Shown in pieces: positions 36,781 to 49,257 of a stretch of DNA of 64,000 nt. Position 1 is the stretch's first letter. Every line of letters begins with the position of its first letter. Origin of the DNA: Marsupella aquatica (taxonomy: Eukaryota > Plantae > Marchantiophyta); contig OZ316899.1 in NCBI GenBank assembly GCA_973895155.1, forward strand, positions 16,147,974 to 16,211,973, given 5' to 3'. Below the pieces are notes generated by a model that ran no database searches, had not been told where the DNA came from, and saw only the letters and a list, made by a program, of their open reading frames with translations. The translations under genes and the position numbers were made by a program.

Positions 36781-39071
36781 TCCACTGATTGTCGACAAAA
36801 AAAAATCCTGATCCAAGTTAGGGTTGAGGCAAAAGTCTATTGCCACATCATTGTTCAGGTTAAGAGAAGTGGGAAAGAGTGAATTGGCACCTGCCTCATT
36901 CGCAGGCTCCGCTGCAAGTTCCACAACAACATCACCAAAACGTTTGATGATGGGCTCAACCTCGTAGGGACCCTGATTTTCTGCCCAAGTGTGGGGAGTG
37001 GATGGATTGACGATGTTAACGGCTTCTTGAACTCTAGTTACAACCCAAAGGTAATCGGAAGGATCCTTAGACACGACCGGTGCGATATCATTTACAATTG
37101 AGTCCACCTCACCAAATGACCCCACACGAGGCTCGCATAGAGGGCTATGAGATTGTGGAAGAGATAGAGCTATCCCACCATCATTGTGTTCTTCCTCCAT
37201 GAGAGGTCCTTCGGAACTCCCTAAGCGGTAAATTGATCTTTGGGCCTTACCAAATTCCCAAGGACGGTGGATCTGTTTGCTGACATTAATCATACCGACA
37301 CAAGGATCAGAAAATCTGTTATCATCTTCTAAACGGGTATGATGAGAGATTGTTCCAGTGATATGATAGTGCCTCCCTTCCTTTGTGCCACTTGCATTAG
37401 AGTTTTGCGTTGAGCTGCCTTCCCCTCCTAGAAGTTTCCATAAGGATTTTGCAAATCGTGTGACACCCTCCACTGACTTGAGATTCTTGGCATAAGTCGT
37501 GAGGTCCATCACATTCGCCCTTTCCAAACAAAACAAGAAACATTCCCTTTCCAGAAGAAGGGCATTCTTTAAAACTTGCCCACCAGTAAAGAAATCCAAC
37601 ATAATTTCTTCCTTTTTGGAAAATTGAAGAATGATTGCCTTGATAATTCTGCTGGGCTTAATGTTTGATGTAAAGGTTATGCCACCGGGGGTCCAAAAAG
37701 GAATGAGTCTTTGCAAGCAATCTCCAAGAGCAAATTTTTGCTTTACTGCAACCTCTTGCTTGGAAAGGCCAGCGTAATCTTCTTTGGCTGGTCTTGCACG
37801 CTCAAGCTGATCCATGAATTCAGCCAAGAAATGACCTTGAAACCCTCTGAAATGTTTTTCCCAATCCGGTTCTTGTTCCTGGGAGACTCCAAGGAAAACA
37901 ATGGACTCAATAATACCCGACATGACATACGATGACCGGACTTCTTTCACACTCTTCCAATAGCTTCCATACTCCAGATGAGCATTATAAATCGAAGGTA
38001 GATCAGTGACAGCTTCAATAATTCTGGCCAGCAAGAGACCTGGGTGCACAAAAAACACGACAGTCACCAAGTCGTTGGCGGGGACATTCACGGTAGTCTT
38101 CAGGAAATTCAACAGGTCCGATTGTGTCCAAGTATTATGAATTGAGTGTGTCATATTGACAATAGCAAGTGATGCCATAATCCTCTCCCTACAACTTGTC
38201 AAATCAAAAGGAGGCTCCGAGGAAGCAAGAAGGGGTCCCAGAGTAAAATATTTGATATGGATCCATTCTCTCATGGAAAGTTCCCCCAAAATTCTTTTGG
38301 TAAATATTTTTGTAACCTATTCTTCAAAGGTTCCGACATTTTGCAAAGATTTTGACTAAACTCTTGAAATAAGCATTGTCAACCATTGTGCAACATCGAT
38401 CCAATTCTTCATTGGTGAAATTAAACTCGTGGACCACGTCTGACCAAATGGCCCCAACATTGAAAACATTTTTGTAGGTCTCACAATAGTACCGCAAGAT
38501 TGCACCTTTGAGCTTTTCCGTATACTTGGCTTTCATCGCAAGATTGGACATTGAAGGTATATCTGTCCTTGCATGTTTTCTCTTCATCAAGAGAACCTCT
38601 CCTAATTTAACTTTATTCAAGATGGAGGTAATGTCGGATTCTTGTGCCCCCTCAAATACCCTTCAAGAATGTCGTCACCGTTAGCTGTTTTGCTTCCCTC
38701 TTCTTCCCAGTCATCTCTCCATTGTTGTCAGGTAAATACCGCACAACCAACTATTGCAGACGGACATCCATAACTTATAGAGGCTCTCTGATGCAAAAAA
38801 GGATCCAGTTGTATTTGCTGATGCTAATCACTTTCAATGTGACTTTGGCCAACCCTTCGTAATCCTGAAACCCAACAACAAATGGTAAGAACAACACACT
38901 TAACCAAACCTTTAGAGAAGGTATCTTGCATGTGAAATCTCAACCAACACCTTAACAGGTGTTGACCCCGTGAGATTCTTGCACAACAAAATTTGAGGAG
39001 GTTGGTAGTCTCAACCAAAGATGGTTGTGTTCAAGAACTCCAAATGATTTTCCTAGCGGCCATAGTCGAGT
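36781..39071 (-). pseudogene. Middle of the second ParB-MTase-like gene: divergent beta-class MTase fold
   Basis: In ORF 36556-38289, IKPSRIIKAIILQFSKKEEIMLDFFTGG..NALLLERE parallels YQKPRALL..HFSQVGDWVLDICSGSG. The motif IV position reads LAIVNMTHS. Confidence 0.6.
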
Positions 39072-39880
39072 CACTGGTACATATTTTGGGTTTTTCCGAT
39101 GCTCTTCTTTCGGTCGGCGACACTTTCCGATACAGAGAAGATCGGTACTCTCCGATTGTCCCCGCATCGGGGATTTACCATACATTCTACATCGGACACA
39201 TACTGTCCCATACTATTAGAATCGGAAATAGTTTCCCATTTAAAAACTATCGGAGAATTTCCCATTCTACCTGCATCGGACAATGAGACTGCCGCGACGC
39301 AAGAGGCGTCCGATAAATAAAATATCGCATGTTGGTTCCGATGAACTGAGGGACGAAACATTTCCGATATTTGTGGAATCGGAAATGTGTTCCGACTTTT
39401 GTCCGAAACCATTACAAACGGACGTTGGTTCCGATGTGGTAAAGATGGAAAAGTTTCCCGATACCTGTAGTATGGCATATGAGTTCCGTTTCTTTTAATA
39501 TCAGAAATATCGGTTTTCAGTACAGCCGGGGTTTTTTGAGGGTTTTATCATCTTCCTAGCTTCTAATTAAGGCATGTTTTGTTTCCGATAGGTTTTTGAC
39601 TCCATTTCCATTTGAAGTATGTGGGAACTCAACTAGGGTCAACTTGAAATGAATTGGAAGCTTTCATTTCATATATATTAAAAGCACAAATATATAGCCA
39701 CAGCTAGAGCCCAGAGATTTAAGTGGTATATATAAGTAAAGTAACATGCAACAAAAAAATGGTAATGACAATGTAGATAACATATATATGCCAAAAAAAT
39801 CAATACATGGAGGGAAGTGGTCATTAATTAGGTCTAGCTAGTGCTAGCTACCTAGATTTTACCATGAAATTCCTAAGTAG

Positions 39881-42800
39881 CTAGTTGTTCTCATTTTCCA
39901 AATCTTCCACAACAACTACATTTGGCTGTTCTTGGACTATGGATCGGGATCGAGGAATGTAAGGCATTACAATGGACCACTCAGGATCATCTGGATAAGG
40001 GAGATAGAATGCCTGCTCAAGATTATGAGGAAATGCAAAAGGATCTGAGGCCCTCCAATTTGAGCTGATGACAGCCCCTGTCTTCAGTCGTGTGAAGCCG
40101 CAAGCATCCTCTTCACATGTTCGATTGTGGCCAACAAGATTCATCCGAAACCATTTGCACTTCAGCACCACCTCTTCCAATGTTGTATGCACATGGTATT
40201 TTACAACAAGGATCTCCTCTATCTTTCCATAGTGAGCTATAGTAGAACGGATGGGATTTGTGTCAGATCTGCTACTTACAGAATCCTGGGTGAACCAACC
40301 CATCACCCCACAATCTTGTGTAGCTGCCCTCTTGTCATCAAGTCGTTCCACACAAAAGTGTCTCCCCTTGGACCACATGGCAGTCCTGGTTGTAACTGTA
40401 AGTAGAGGTCCATGAACCAAGGTGCGCAACTTATCAGTCACCATTGGGAAGTGTGATACACTCTCCCCAGCAGCCACCAAGGCATCCACTTCTAACAACT
40501 TCCCCTTCATGTACATGTGGAATTTGGGAAATAAGCGTGGTTGTCGACTATTGTGCTTATCCTCCTCATAAAATGTGGTCCACTCCCCAACAATCTCTGG
40601 AGAGTTATACAACATGAATGCAGTGAGTTTAGTGCGCTCACTAGGGTCAAGAAGCCGTTCTCCCTTTGCACCTGTCAAACGGTCATCCTCATAGTCTGCT
40701 TCTCTTGATGCCTCATCTATCCACCCACTTAGAGCATTTGAATCAAGTGTAGCAATAATGTTTGTACAATAAAACATGCTCTCTGCTCCAAGATGACGCT
40801 CTGCAATGCTACCTTCCACCCTTGCGCGATTTGAAACATAGGACTTCATCACTCCCATGTACCGCTCTACCCAGTACATCCAACGACAATGTACAGGGCC
40901 TGCAATACCAACCTCACGCACTAGATGTAGTAGAAAATGAACCTGACCATCAAAAAATGAAGGAGGAAGGGCCCTTTCAAGTTTGCACACAACCTCCACT
41001 CCAAACACCTCCATTGCTGCAACCTCATCCTCGTTCATCTCCTTTTGACACACCCATCTCAACAACTTACCCAACAACCAAAGGGCATCATGAAGATCCT
41101 CACTACCCAATCCAATAATAGCAATTGGAATAACATGTTGCAATAAGCGATGATAATCATGGGTCTTCAAGAAAGCTGACCATTTTGGAGAGTCAAGTCC
41201 ACCAAATGCCTTGCAAAGATTGGCACCATACCCTGTAGGAAATCGCATAGACCCTATGCGTTTGCGAAACTCGGTCCGCTCACCTCGTGTCAAAACCCAA
41301 GGAGGATGAATAGTAAGGGGGGCATTATCGGGATCCATAGATGGCCAAAAACCATGAGGGCCATGCATCCCCATCTCTTCACAACTCTCTCTCCAGTTGT
41401 TGTCTTTCTCTCCATATAGGTGGCGAATCAAGGACCTCCCAACATTTCCTTCAATGTGCATAGGGTCAAATAAATGGTTAAGTGGCATCTCAGCCCAATA
41501 AGGCAGTTGTGACAATGCAGACAAACAAGTCATGCCACACCGGGCATATTGCAATGGGTCATCTGGATTAGATACTCTCTCCCATACCTCTTTCCAATAT
41601 GCAGGATCTTTTGGAATAGGTTGTGGTCGTCTGTCTGGTTGGCCATCCTCAGTGTCATATAAAAAGGGATCTCTCCTCCAATCATGGTCTGGAGGGAGGT
41701 ACTTGGTGTGACCAATATACACTATCTTCCTCAAGGTCTTTGACTTTGGCCGCGCTATTCCTTCCAAATCAGGTCCACAAGTTGGGCAAGCTTGATATCC
41801 TGATGTGGTCAGGCCAGAAATATATCCAAACCCTGCATATAAATATATATCCCATGCATAAGTAAATAAGTTTATTAAAAGATATATGTGCTTCTAGCTA
41901 ACTCAATACATAACAAAGTATGCTAGGTACAGTTGCCTAGCTATGGGAAGGGATAATTTAACAAAGATTCATACCTTGAAGATCATGTATGGTCCACATA
42001 AGAATGGCCTTCAACTTAAATTCTCGACGTAAGCCCCACGTTTGCACTCGACCATCATAGCAATCCACACCACTCCAAAGCTTTTGTAGCTCCTCAATCA
42101 ATGGTTGCAAGTACACATCAATTTTTTTCACTTGCTTAGGACCAGGGATAATCATGGAAAGGAGCAAATGACCCTTCTTCATGGACATCCATGGAGGGAT
42201 GTTGTAATTAGTAAGGACCACTGGCCATAGTGAATATGGTTGGGCCTTACCTGCTAGTGCAAATGGGCTGATGCCATCCGCTGCCAATCCTAGGCGAACA
42301 TGACGTGGGTCAGTTCGGAACTCACCCCATCTCTCCTCCACAAACTTGTTTGCAGGGGAGTCAACCATCATGCGCATGGTGGGTGGTTGTGAACTCATAT
42401 CTGAGCGATTTTGGGAATGCCAAACCATATACTTAGCCAACTCAGCACATCTATATTGGTGGCGCAAACGAGGTATAAGAGGAAAGTACCTCATGACCTT
42501 CTGAGGAACTTTTCCCGTCAACATGTCCTCACGATACCTCGGCTTCTCACATGTAGGACATGACGTTGCATCTTTATAAGTGACTCTAAACAGAACGCAA
42601 TCATTCACGCAAGCATGTATGACTTCGTACTGCAGACCTATGGACTTCAACACCTTCTTTGCCTCTTTCCAAGAGTCTGGCAAGTTGTTTCCTTTTGGCA
42701 AGATACAATCATGCAATGTCCGAAAGAGATCATCAAGAAGTAGGTTGCTTGCTCCATGTCTTTGCTGCAAGTTCAACAACAACATTATTGCTGAAAGACG

Positions 42801-44561
42801 AGACAAGCGTGATCCATCAAATATCCGAGTTTGCACATGTTGACGTGCTTCCTCCCACTGTTTGGAGGCTGAACTCCTTGAACCTTCTTGATGTGGAAGT
42901 GGGACCTCAATGTTCTCCCCATCAGCCATGTCATGATCACCATCCTCTATGTCATGGAATTGGTGCATCAAGTCATCCATGGCCCTATCTTCATCAACTC
43001 TTGATTGGGAGGCATCTGGTTCCTGCTCTGGAACATCCGGATCGCCATCTGGTGGTAGAGAGGCATGTCGCCAATCTTCCATGGCCTGCACAAGGTGTTG
43101 GCACATAGCTCGTGGTAACACCCCAACATCCGGCTCAACATATGCATTCTATCATACAACGCACAAAACAGATATATACGTTTGAGTTAGCCCATGGGTT
43201 CCTAAAAAAACTACAATATTCTTATATTACTTCAAAAATGGGGAATACACATATGTGCTAAGTGTGGCCAGATCGAATGCCCATTTTGGGTGCGTTCCAT
43301 TCATAGTCACAAAACAACTCATCACCCGCCCTAATGGTCCGTATGGCTACTGTCATAACATGATCATCCATATGTGTGACATAGTAAGGCGGAGTGGGTG
43401 GGCCAAAAATCTGAGCCCACTCTACATTAGGCTGGAGTCCACTCCCTCTACCATGTGTACTATTGATGTACCCAGCTATGTTATCTGAACGCACAGGGTC
43501 CCCATCAATCATCCTACAATGCCAAGGCCTCCTTAGGACCTCATCTAGGTCTGAGTCCATCTGCAATGCATATACCCCCCAAGCTGGATGTTGGCGCAAG
43601 AGGATGTTCTAACTCTTGGATGTATACACAGGCCCAATGTAAGGGAAAAGGTGTTCCCCATCATAGCCACGACGCCAAGGCTTTGGAGGGACCTCAATGT
43701 CCTCCAAAGCAAATAAGCCTAACCCAACCTCCCCGCCAAGGGTCAATGCCTTCACTATCCATTGCCGACCCCATATATGTACAGGGATGTCAATGGCTAG
43801 GCCACGAGGAATCGCAAAACTCTCAGGGTCAAGATCCTTGAAGACACTGATTGCCTTTCCCGTCACATATGATAAGCCCAACCTCCCTTCAACTTCTATG
43901 TACTCCTCCCCTGGTGGAGGCATAACACTCCTTCTAAAGTGCTCATGGGATGGGTCTGTGTCTAGAACTACATGCTGTTGTCGACGTCTATGAGAATGTG
44001 GTCTTGTGCGTAGAACCCTAGTAGGGGGCGGTGCATCATCCCTACCATGCCCCAACTCTACCACTATGGGTTCATGAACAACATCTGCCTGAACATGTGC
44101 GGGGGTACATGATTGCTCGGGGTCTTCAACTGATGATGCAAGCAACTGTCTAGCACCAGCTAGGAATGCATCATGCCATAGTTGACTAGAGACCAATGGA
44201 GGACGGGCCCTACAACGCACCTATTCAATCATAAACAAACAAAAATTAATACTTGTCTCCTAAAAGGTCTCAAACCAGCCAACTATTATGATAGTGTATC
44301 ATATATAGCGGAGTTCATGTCAAGCAATACCTGGCGAGCTGAATATCCCGGTAAATCACCCTCATGTCGACCATAGTTTTTGATGTGTTCAATGGACTGC
44401 CACGCTTGACGAACCACCAGTCCTTTACATCTAAGACACCAGCATGGAATAGGGCCTAATGGAGGGGGTGCTCGAGGCTGTTGAGGGGGAGGAGGAATGT
44501 CCCCCTCAGAGGAAGACAAGTCAGAGTCGGAATCTGTATCCAAACTCTCAGAAGTCGACAT
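39881..44561 (-). CDS. tnpD: CACTA transposase TnpD (~1118 aa), apparently intact
   Basis: Exons 44561-44331, 43148-41975 and 41832-39881. Motifs IHACVNDC, LGLAADG, IHDLQGFGYISG..ACPTC, DPMHIEGN, LKTHDYH, HLVREV..GPV..RWMYWVER. Confidence 0.92.
43258..44220 (-). pseudogene. SET-domain exon inside the first TnpD intron (one in-frame stop)
   Basis: GLGLFALEDI, YIGPVY, IDG..NIAGYINS, PNV, AIRTIRAGDELFCDY. TAG at 43609-43611 separates two same-frame ORFs. AG acceptor at 44222-44221. Confidence 0.85.
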
Positions 44562-45613
44562 TGTCTACCAATTACACACAAACAAGTCTTTACCAAAATA
44601 CAAGATTGATTCATCACCCTAACTTGAGGTAAACCCAAACAGGAAATATATAGTATGTTAATAATTTGCAGTGTTGGACTTAATTAGTACCTGAATGATA
44701 TCCGCGCTCTACAATGCCTACTAGGCTCTAAGCCTTAGACTGTATGCTAAGGCCAATCCAAAAAAACCTGCACATACAGGCTAGGTGGGGAAGTTGAAAG
44801 ATGAGATGACATACATGCAAACCTAAGTAACAAACCAATAATTAATGAAATTAATAAAAATCAATGACGAGTTGGATGTCCAATTATAAACTCCCACAAG
44901 TAACGCATATATCATGTCAAATATTTCCAATACATTTTGGAGGATCATATATGTCATACCTTTTGGATGCGCGTACTCTTGCTGTGCATAATGCATTGGC
45001 AAAAATAAACCCTACTAAGAAAACCAAGGAAAAGCAACGACCCGACCCTCCAAAAACAAAAAACAAAACTGCACAAAACGGCACTAGAGTTTGTGACTTT
45101 TTATAGTCCCCAAAAGTTGCACCATGCATATAGCATTGCCTCATGGTCAAAATGGGAATCATTTAAAATCAAATTGAAAATAGATCTGGGTACATACATT
45201 CAATGATCATCCATACCCACCAAAAAATAGTGTGCTAGCTTTGTCACGACAACTGTACGTTGATATGCCCATTTTGCGCCGCACACCTAATAAGCCCACA
45301 ATATAGCATAATTAACCCCCAACTAACATAAAGGGGGTCATTATAGTATACATGGGATCCAAATGCCAAAGTCCAAATGCCAAGGTCATGCGATTCACAA
45401 ACCATCAGAAAATACATTGGGAGGGTTAAGTCCGATACTTTGGAGGAGGGGTCCGATACTAAGTCCGATTGACCTAGAATCGGTGTTTCTGATGCAGAAA
45501 GTATCGGACGTTATGCATTTTGGGTTTTTAGGTCACCCGACTAAAGTGCGAAGGCACTCTAGTCGGGAAAAGCATCGGGAGCATTTCACGATACCTTTGC
45601 GGAGCTCGTAGCG

Positions 45614-48401
45614 ATGGAAGGGAATGCGGGAGGGATGGGAGATGGTGCCGGGCCATCAAGCAGCTATGGTGAAGTCACGGCTCAATTGTTTAGGGAGAAG
45701 GTGGGGCTCTCGCCGGAGGTTGCATTGCAGGTAGCTCAGCTCACTCAAGGACTGATTGACAGCTCCCAGAAGGTAGCCATCACTGATGCAGAAAAAGCTT
45801 TCCAAGCCAGACTCGAGGAGGAGAGATTGCAGAGGAAGAGGAAATGTAACACTAGGGAGGATGAGAGAGAGAGGCCAGTGGAAGCCCTATCACCAAGACA
45901 AAAGGAGAAGAGCCTAAGGAGGGAGGCTCGGGCTGTAGAACGACAGAGAATTCAAGAGGAACAAAAGAAGGCAGAGGATAGGGCCAAGAGGCCAAAATTG
46001 TTTCTGAATGAGGGAGGTGCTCCACTCTCCAGGAGTTATCGTTTGTTTGGGAGTCAAGTTAGGCAGATTGTGAGGTCTCATTTTGGCCCGATGGACTACT
46101 GGGGGAAGAAGAAGCAGGATGAGAGATTTCAAATTCGAGAGCAAATCAAAGAGAGATTTTCGAATGGGTTGTTTGTGGACGATCGATTCTTAAACAAAAA
46201 GATCTCAGTCTCACTTGCAGACATGCAAAATCATGTACGAGAGAAGATGCGAAAGTACCTGGCTGAATGCAAACTGGATGAGGAGGTGATCAGGAAAGGG
46301 GGAAGCCCAGCTGGTGAGATTCTTGAGAATGCTTGGTGTGCCTGGCTTGAAGAAGAGTTGCAGGTTCGAGCTTGGCAAGCCACACAACACTGGGAAGCTA
46401 AAATTCAAGCAGCTCAGAAGAAGATTGAACAAGGAGAGATGGTGAATACTGCACCCATGCATCAAGAACTTGAAGAATGGTCAGCAAAATCAGCCCTGCT
46501 TGGAGACCCACCATCCTGGCTAATGAAAGCTCTGCTGAGAGTAACAAAGAGGCCAAAGGTTACTCACAGAATGGGGCAAGGCGGATCACAGCGTCTCAAG
46601 GCCGATTTTGTAAGTGCTCCATTCCCCTCCTCTCCATGCATTCCTTCAGCAGCATTCCTCCTCCCTAATCACCTGAGGCCAATTGACGAATGCCTAACCC
46701 TTCCAAACCCGGGACAGGTCTTTGTATGCCCGTAGGTCGCTCGATCATGCCTTAGTTTTTTTTTGCTTTCGGCATGTAAGGTCCGATTCTAGTCCGATCC
46801 TTTAAGTATCGGATGCAGCATCGGACAATTAAAAAGAATCAGAACTGTCGGTACCGATTCTATTAGTATCGGACATATTCAAATTTTTGAATAGTTTGTG
46901 CATGAATGGCTAAGTGTTCTTATGGGTCTTTGACGGTGAAGGGTTTATATAGGTGTTTAATTAGGCCAGGGTAGGGTTGCTATAATTGACCTTAGTATTG
47001 GGGGTGGCATATGGTTTGGGTGTGTAGGAGAAAGAGCACGGACGACCATTGTTGCCGGCAGAGAGAGAGCTGGCAAAGGAGCATGGTGCTCGGGCGCTGA
47101 AGATTCACATGGACGACATGTTGGCCTCGGTAAGTGCGGATATTAGAATGATTTGAAAGATGGCTTCATGCTGGTACGTATGTTGCGGAATGACATATGG
47201 ATTGGAGATTGTTACTATGTGCAGGTTGAGTCAGGGGGTGAGGAGGACTTGGAGAGTGAGGAGGATGGTGAGGGGGAGGAGGACGAGGAGGATGCGGAGG
47301 ATGATAGTGCTTCAGAGGGGAGTGTGGCCGAGGCTCCAGTATGAGGTTCTACTGGTGCGCGTGGCCGGTCAGGACCCCGAGAGAGTGGACGTCACCAGTC
47401 TGGTCGGGGTGTAGGTGGCTCCACTCGCCGGATGGAGCGTAGAGCAGGTGATATGCCTCCTTCTCGTCAGAGATTAGCCGGTAGGAGTGGACGGAGTGAG
47501 TCCCGGGTTCCAGCCACAGTAGGTCACAACCGAGGGGTTCGTAGTGAGTCTGGAGTTCTAGCCACAGCAGGTGGTCGAGTGAGGACTGGCCCTGGTGTTG
47601 TACCAGGTGGGTCTCGACAACGGGCTGGTGTTCATACTGGTCGTGTCATTGGCCAGTCAGTGAGGGCTGGCCCTGGTAGTGTACCAGCTGGTTCACGACA
47701 GTCCGGGGGAGGCCTTGGTGGTCATGTGCCCACACCATCTCCTATTCATAGTGGTGGTGTAGGCATCCAGTCTGGAGGTTCCGGCCGTAGTGGTGGAGGT
47801 GAGTCTCGTCCTGAGGGGGGTAGTGGTGGAGTTGCTGCACCTCGTCAGTTTAGGGCTGGCCCTGGTAGTGTACCAGCTGGTTCGTGATAGTCCGGGGGAG
47901 GCCTTGGTGGTCATGTGCCGACACCATCTCCTATTCATAGTGGTGGTGTAGGCATCCAGTCTGGAGGTTCCGGCCATAGTGGTGGAGGTGAGTCTCGCCC
48001 TGAGGGGGGTAGTGGTGGAGTTGCTGCACCTTGTCAGTTTAGGGCTAGCCCTGGTAGTGTACCAGCTGGTTCGCGACAGTCCGGGGGGGGGCCTTGGTGG
48101 TCATGTGCCCACACCATATCCTATTCATAGTGGTGGTGTAGGCACCCAGTCGGGAGGTTCCCGTCATAGTGGTGGAGGTGAGACTTGGCCTGAGGGGGGT
48201 AGTGGTGGTGGTGCTGGAGGGGCTTCTTTCCACACTTGTGTCGGGGAAGGAGTGCCTTCCCATGGTTCAGGCGCATCTGGAGGTGGGGGAGTACCAGAGA
48301 TTGCTTCTGCACCTCATCCACATGACGATGGAGACAGATCAGGTAGCCACGACCATGATGTGCTACCTAGTGTGTCAGCCGTAGAGACTCATAGAGCATA
48401 G
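45614..48401 (+). pseudogene. CACTA TnpA-like gene with acidic and Gly-rich repeat tail
   Basis: Exons 45614-46609, 47028-47129 and 47225 onward; HRMGQGG..F/EKEHGRP junction. Stops at 47342 and 47885-47890, poly-G frameshift near 48085. Confidence 0.65.
47663..48208 (+). repeat. 189-bp tandem repeat (~2.9 copies, 63-aa Gly-rich unit)
   Basis: Units start at 47663, 47852 and 48041. Confidence 0.95.
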
Positions 48402-49257
48402 CAGCCTAGTCGTTCCCGTGTGAAGAAGAGGAAGACGCGACATAGCTTGTATGGATAGTGGACTAGGTAGACATGTATAGATCTAGTACCAGGCTAGCGA
48501 GGTGGATAGTTGGAGGGCATTATGTCCATTTGATATGCCCAGCCTTTAGCATAGCTGGCACTATGCATGGAGATGTTCTCCATTTTTTGTACTTTTGCCC
48601 TCAATATTTCATTTTTGTATATAAGATATAGTTACGCCGTGTCATGCCCGGGTTTCAAGGTACATAGTGTGCAATCAAAATTGATAGTCTCTCTTGACTA
48701 AATGACCTCTCTAAACCCTAGATAAAAACTCAGTTAAAGAATTAAATTGCACCCCAATTAAACCCCCAATTAGCCCCCCATTTAAAATAGGCCCAATCAA
48801 GCTCGCCAAATAGTTTCCGGGTAGATACCGATCCATATTTGATGCCACACTCATCGTACTTTTCCATCCCAAAACGTATCGCAAAGTCCGATTCTAATAT
48901 AATCGCAATTTCTGTTCCAAATAACATCAGACATTTTCGATGTTAAACCAATCGGGCATTTCCATGTCCAAAATATCGGTCTAGAATCGGACGCCTCCAT
49001 TAACAGAAAATGCGTGGAACATACATCCGATTACGCGGGCATCAGACATAGTGTTTCCCAACAGTTTAGGCGACGGAACTCCTGAATGTTTTGGTATCGG
49101 TAGTTCTGATTAGTTTCCGATTGTCGTTTTCCGATAAAATTTGTATCAAAAATTGCGATTCTTTTGGTATCGGACAGGTGAGATTTCCGCATCGGATTTC
49201 CTGAAGGCGTCCGATCGAAATACAATCGGTAAAATGCCTCAAAATGTACTAGTGAGT

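Larger units (their letters stand above)
39072..49254. mobile_element. CACTA (En/Spm) element 2, full length
   Basis: Termini CACTGGTACA...TGTACTAGTG, TSD AGT (39069-39071, 49255-49257), dense CCGAT/ATCGG subterminal repeats. Host frame rejoins as YFAISGQHSTMAARKII. Confidence 0.95.

Noticed and set aside
39072-39600. CRISPR-like spaced short repeats (CCGAT/ATCGG; also GTCAC at 15660-16000)
   Set aside because: These are short motifs in both orientations with irregular spacing next to CACTA termini, i.e. subterminal repeats.
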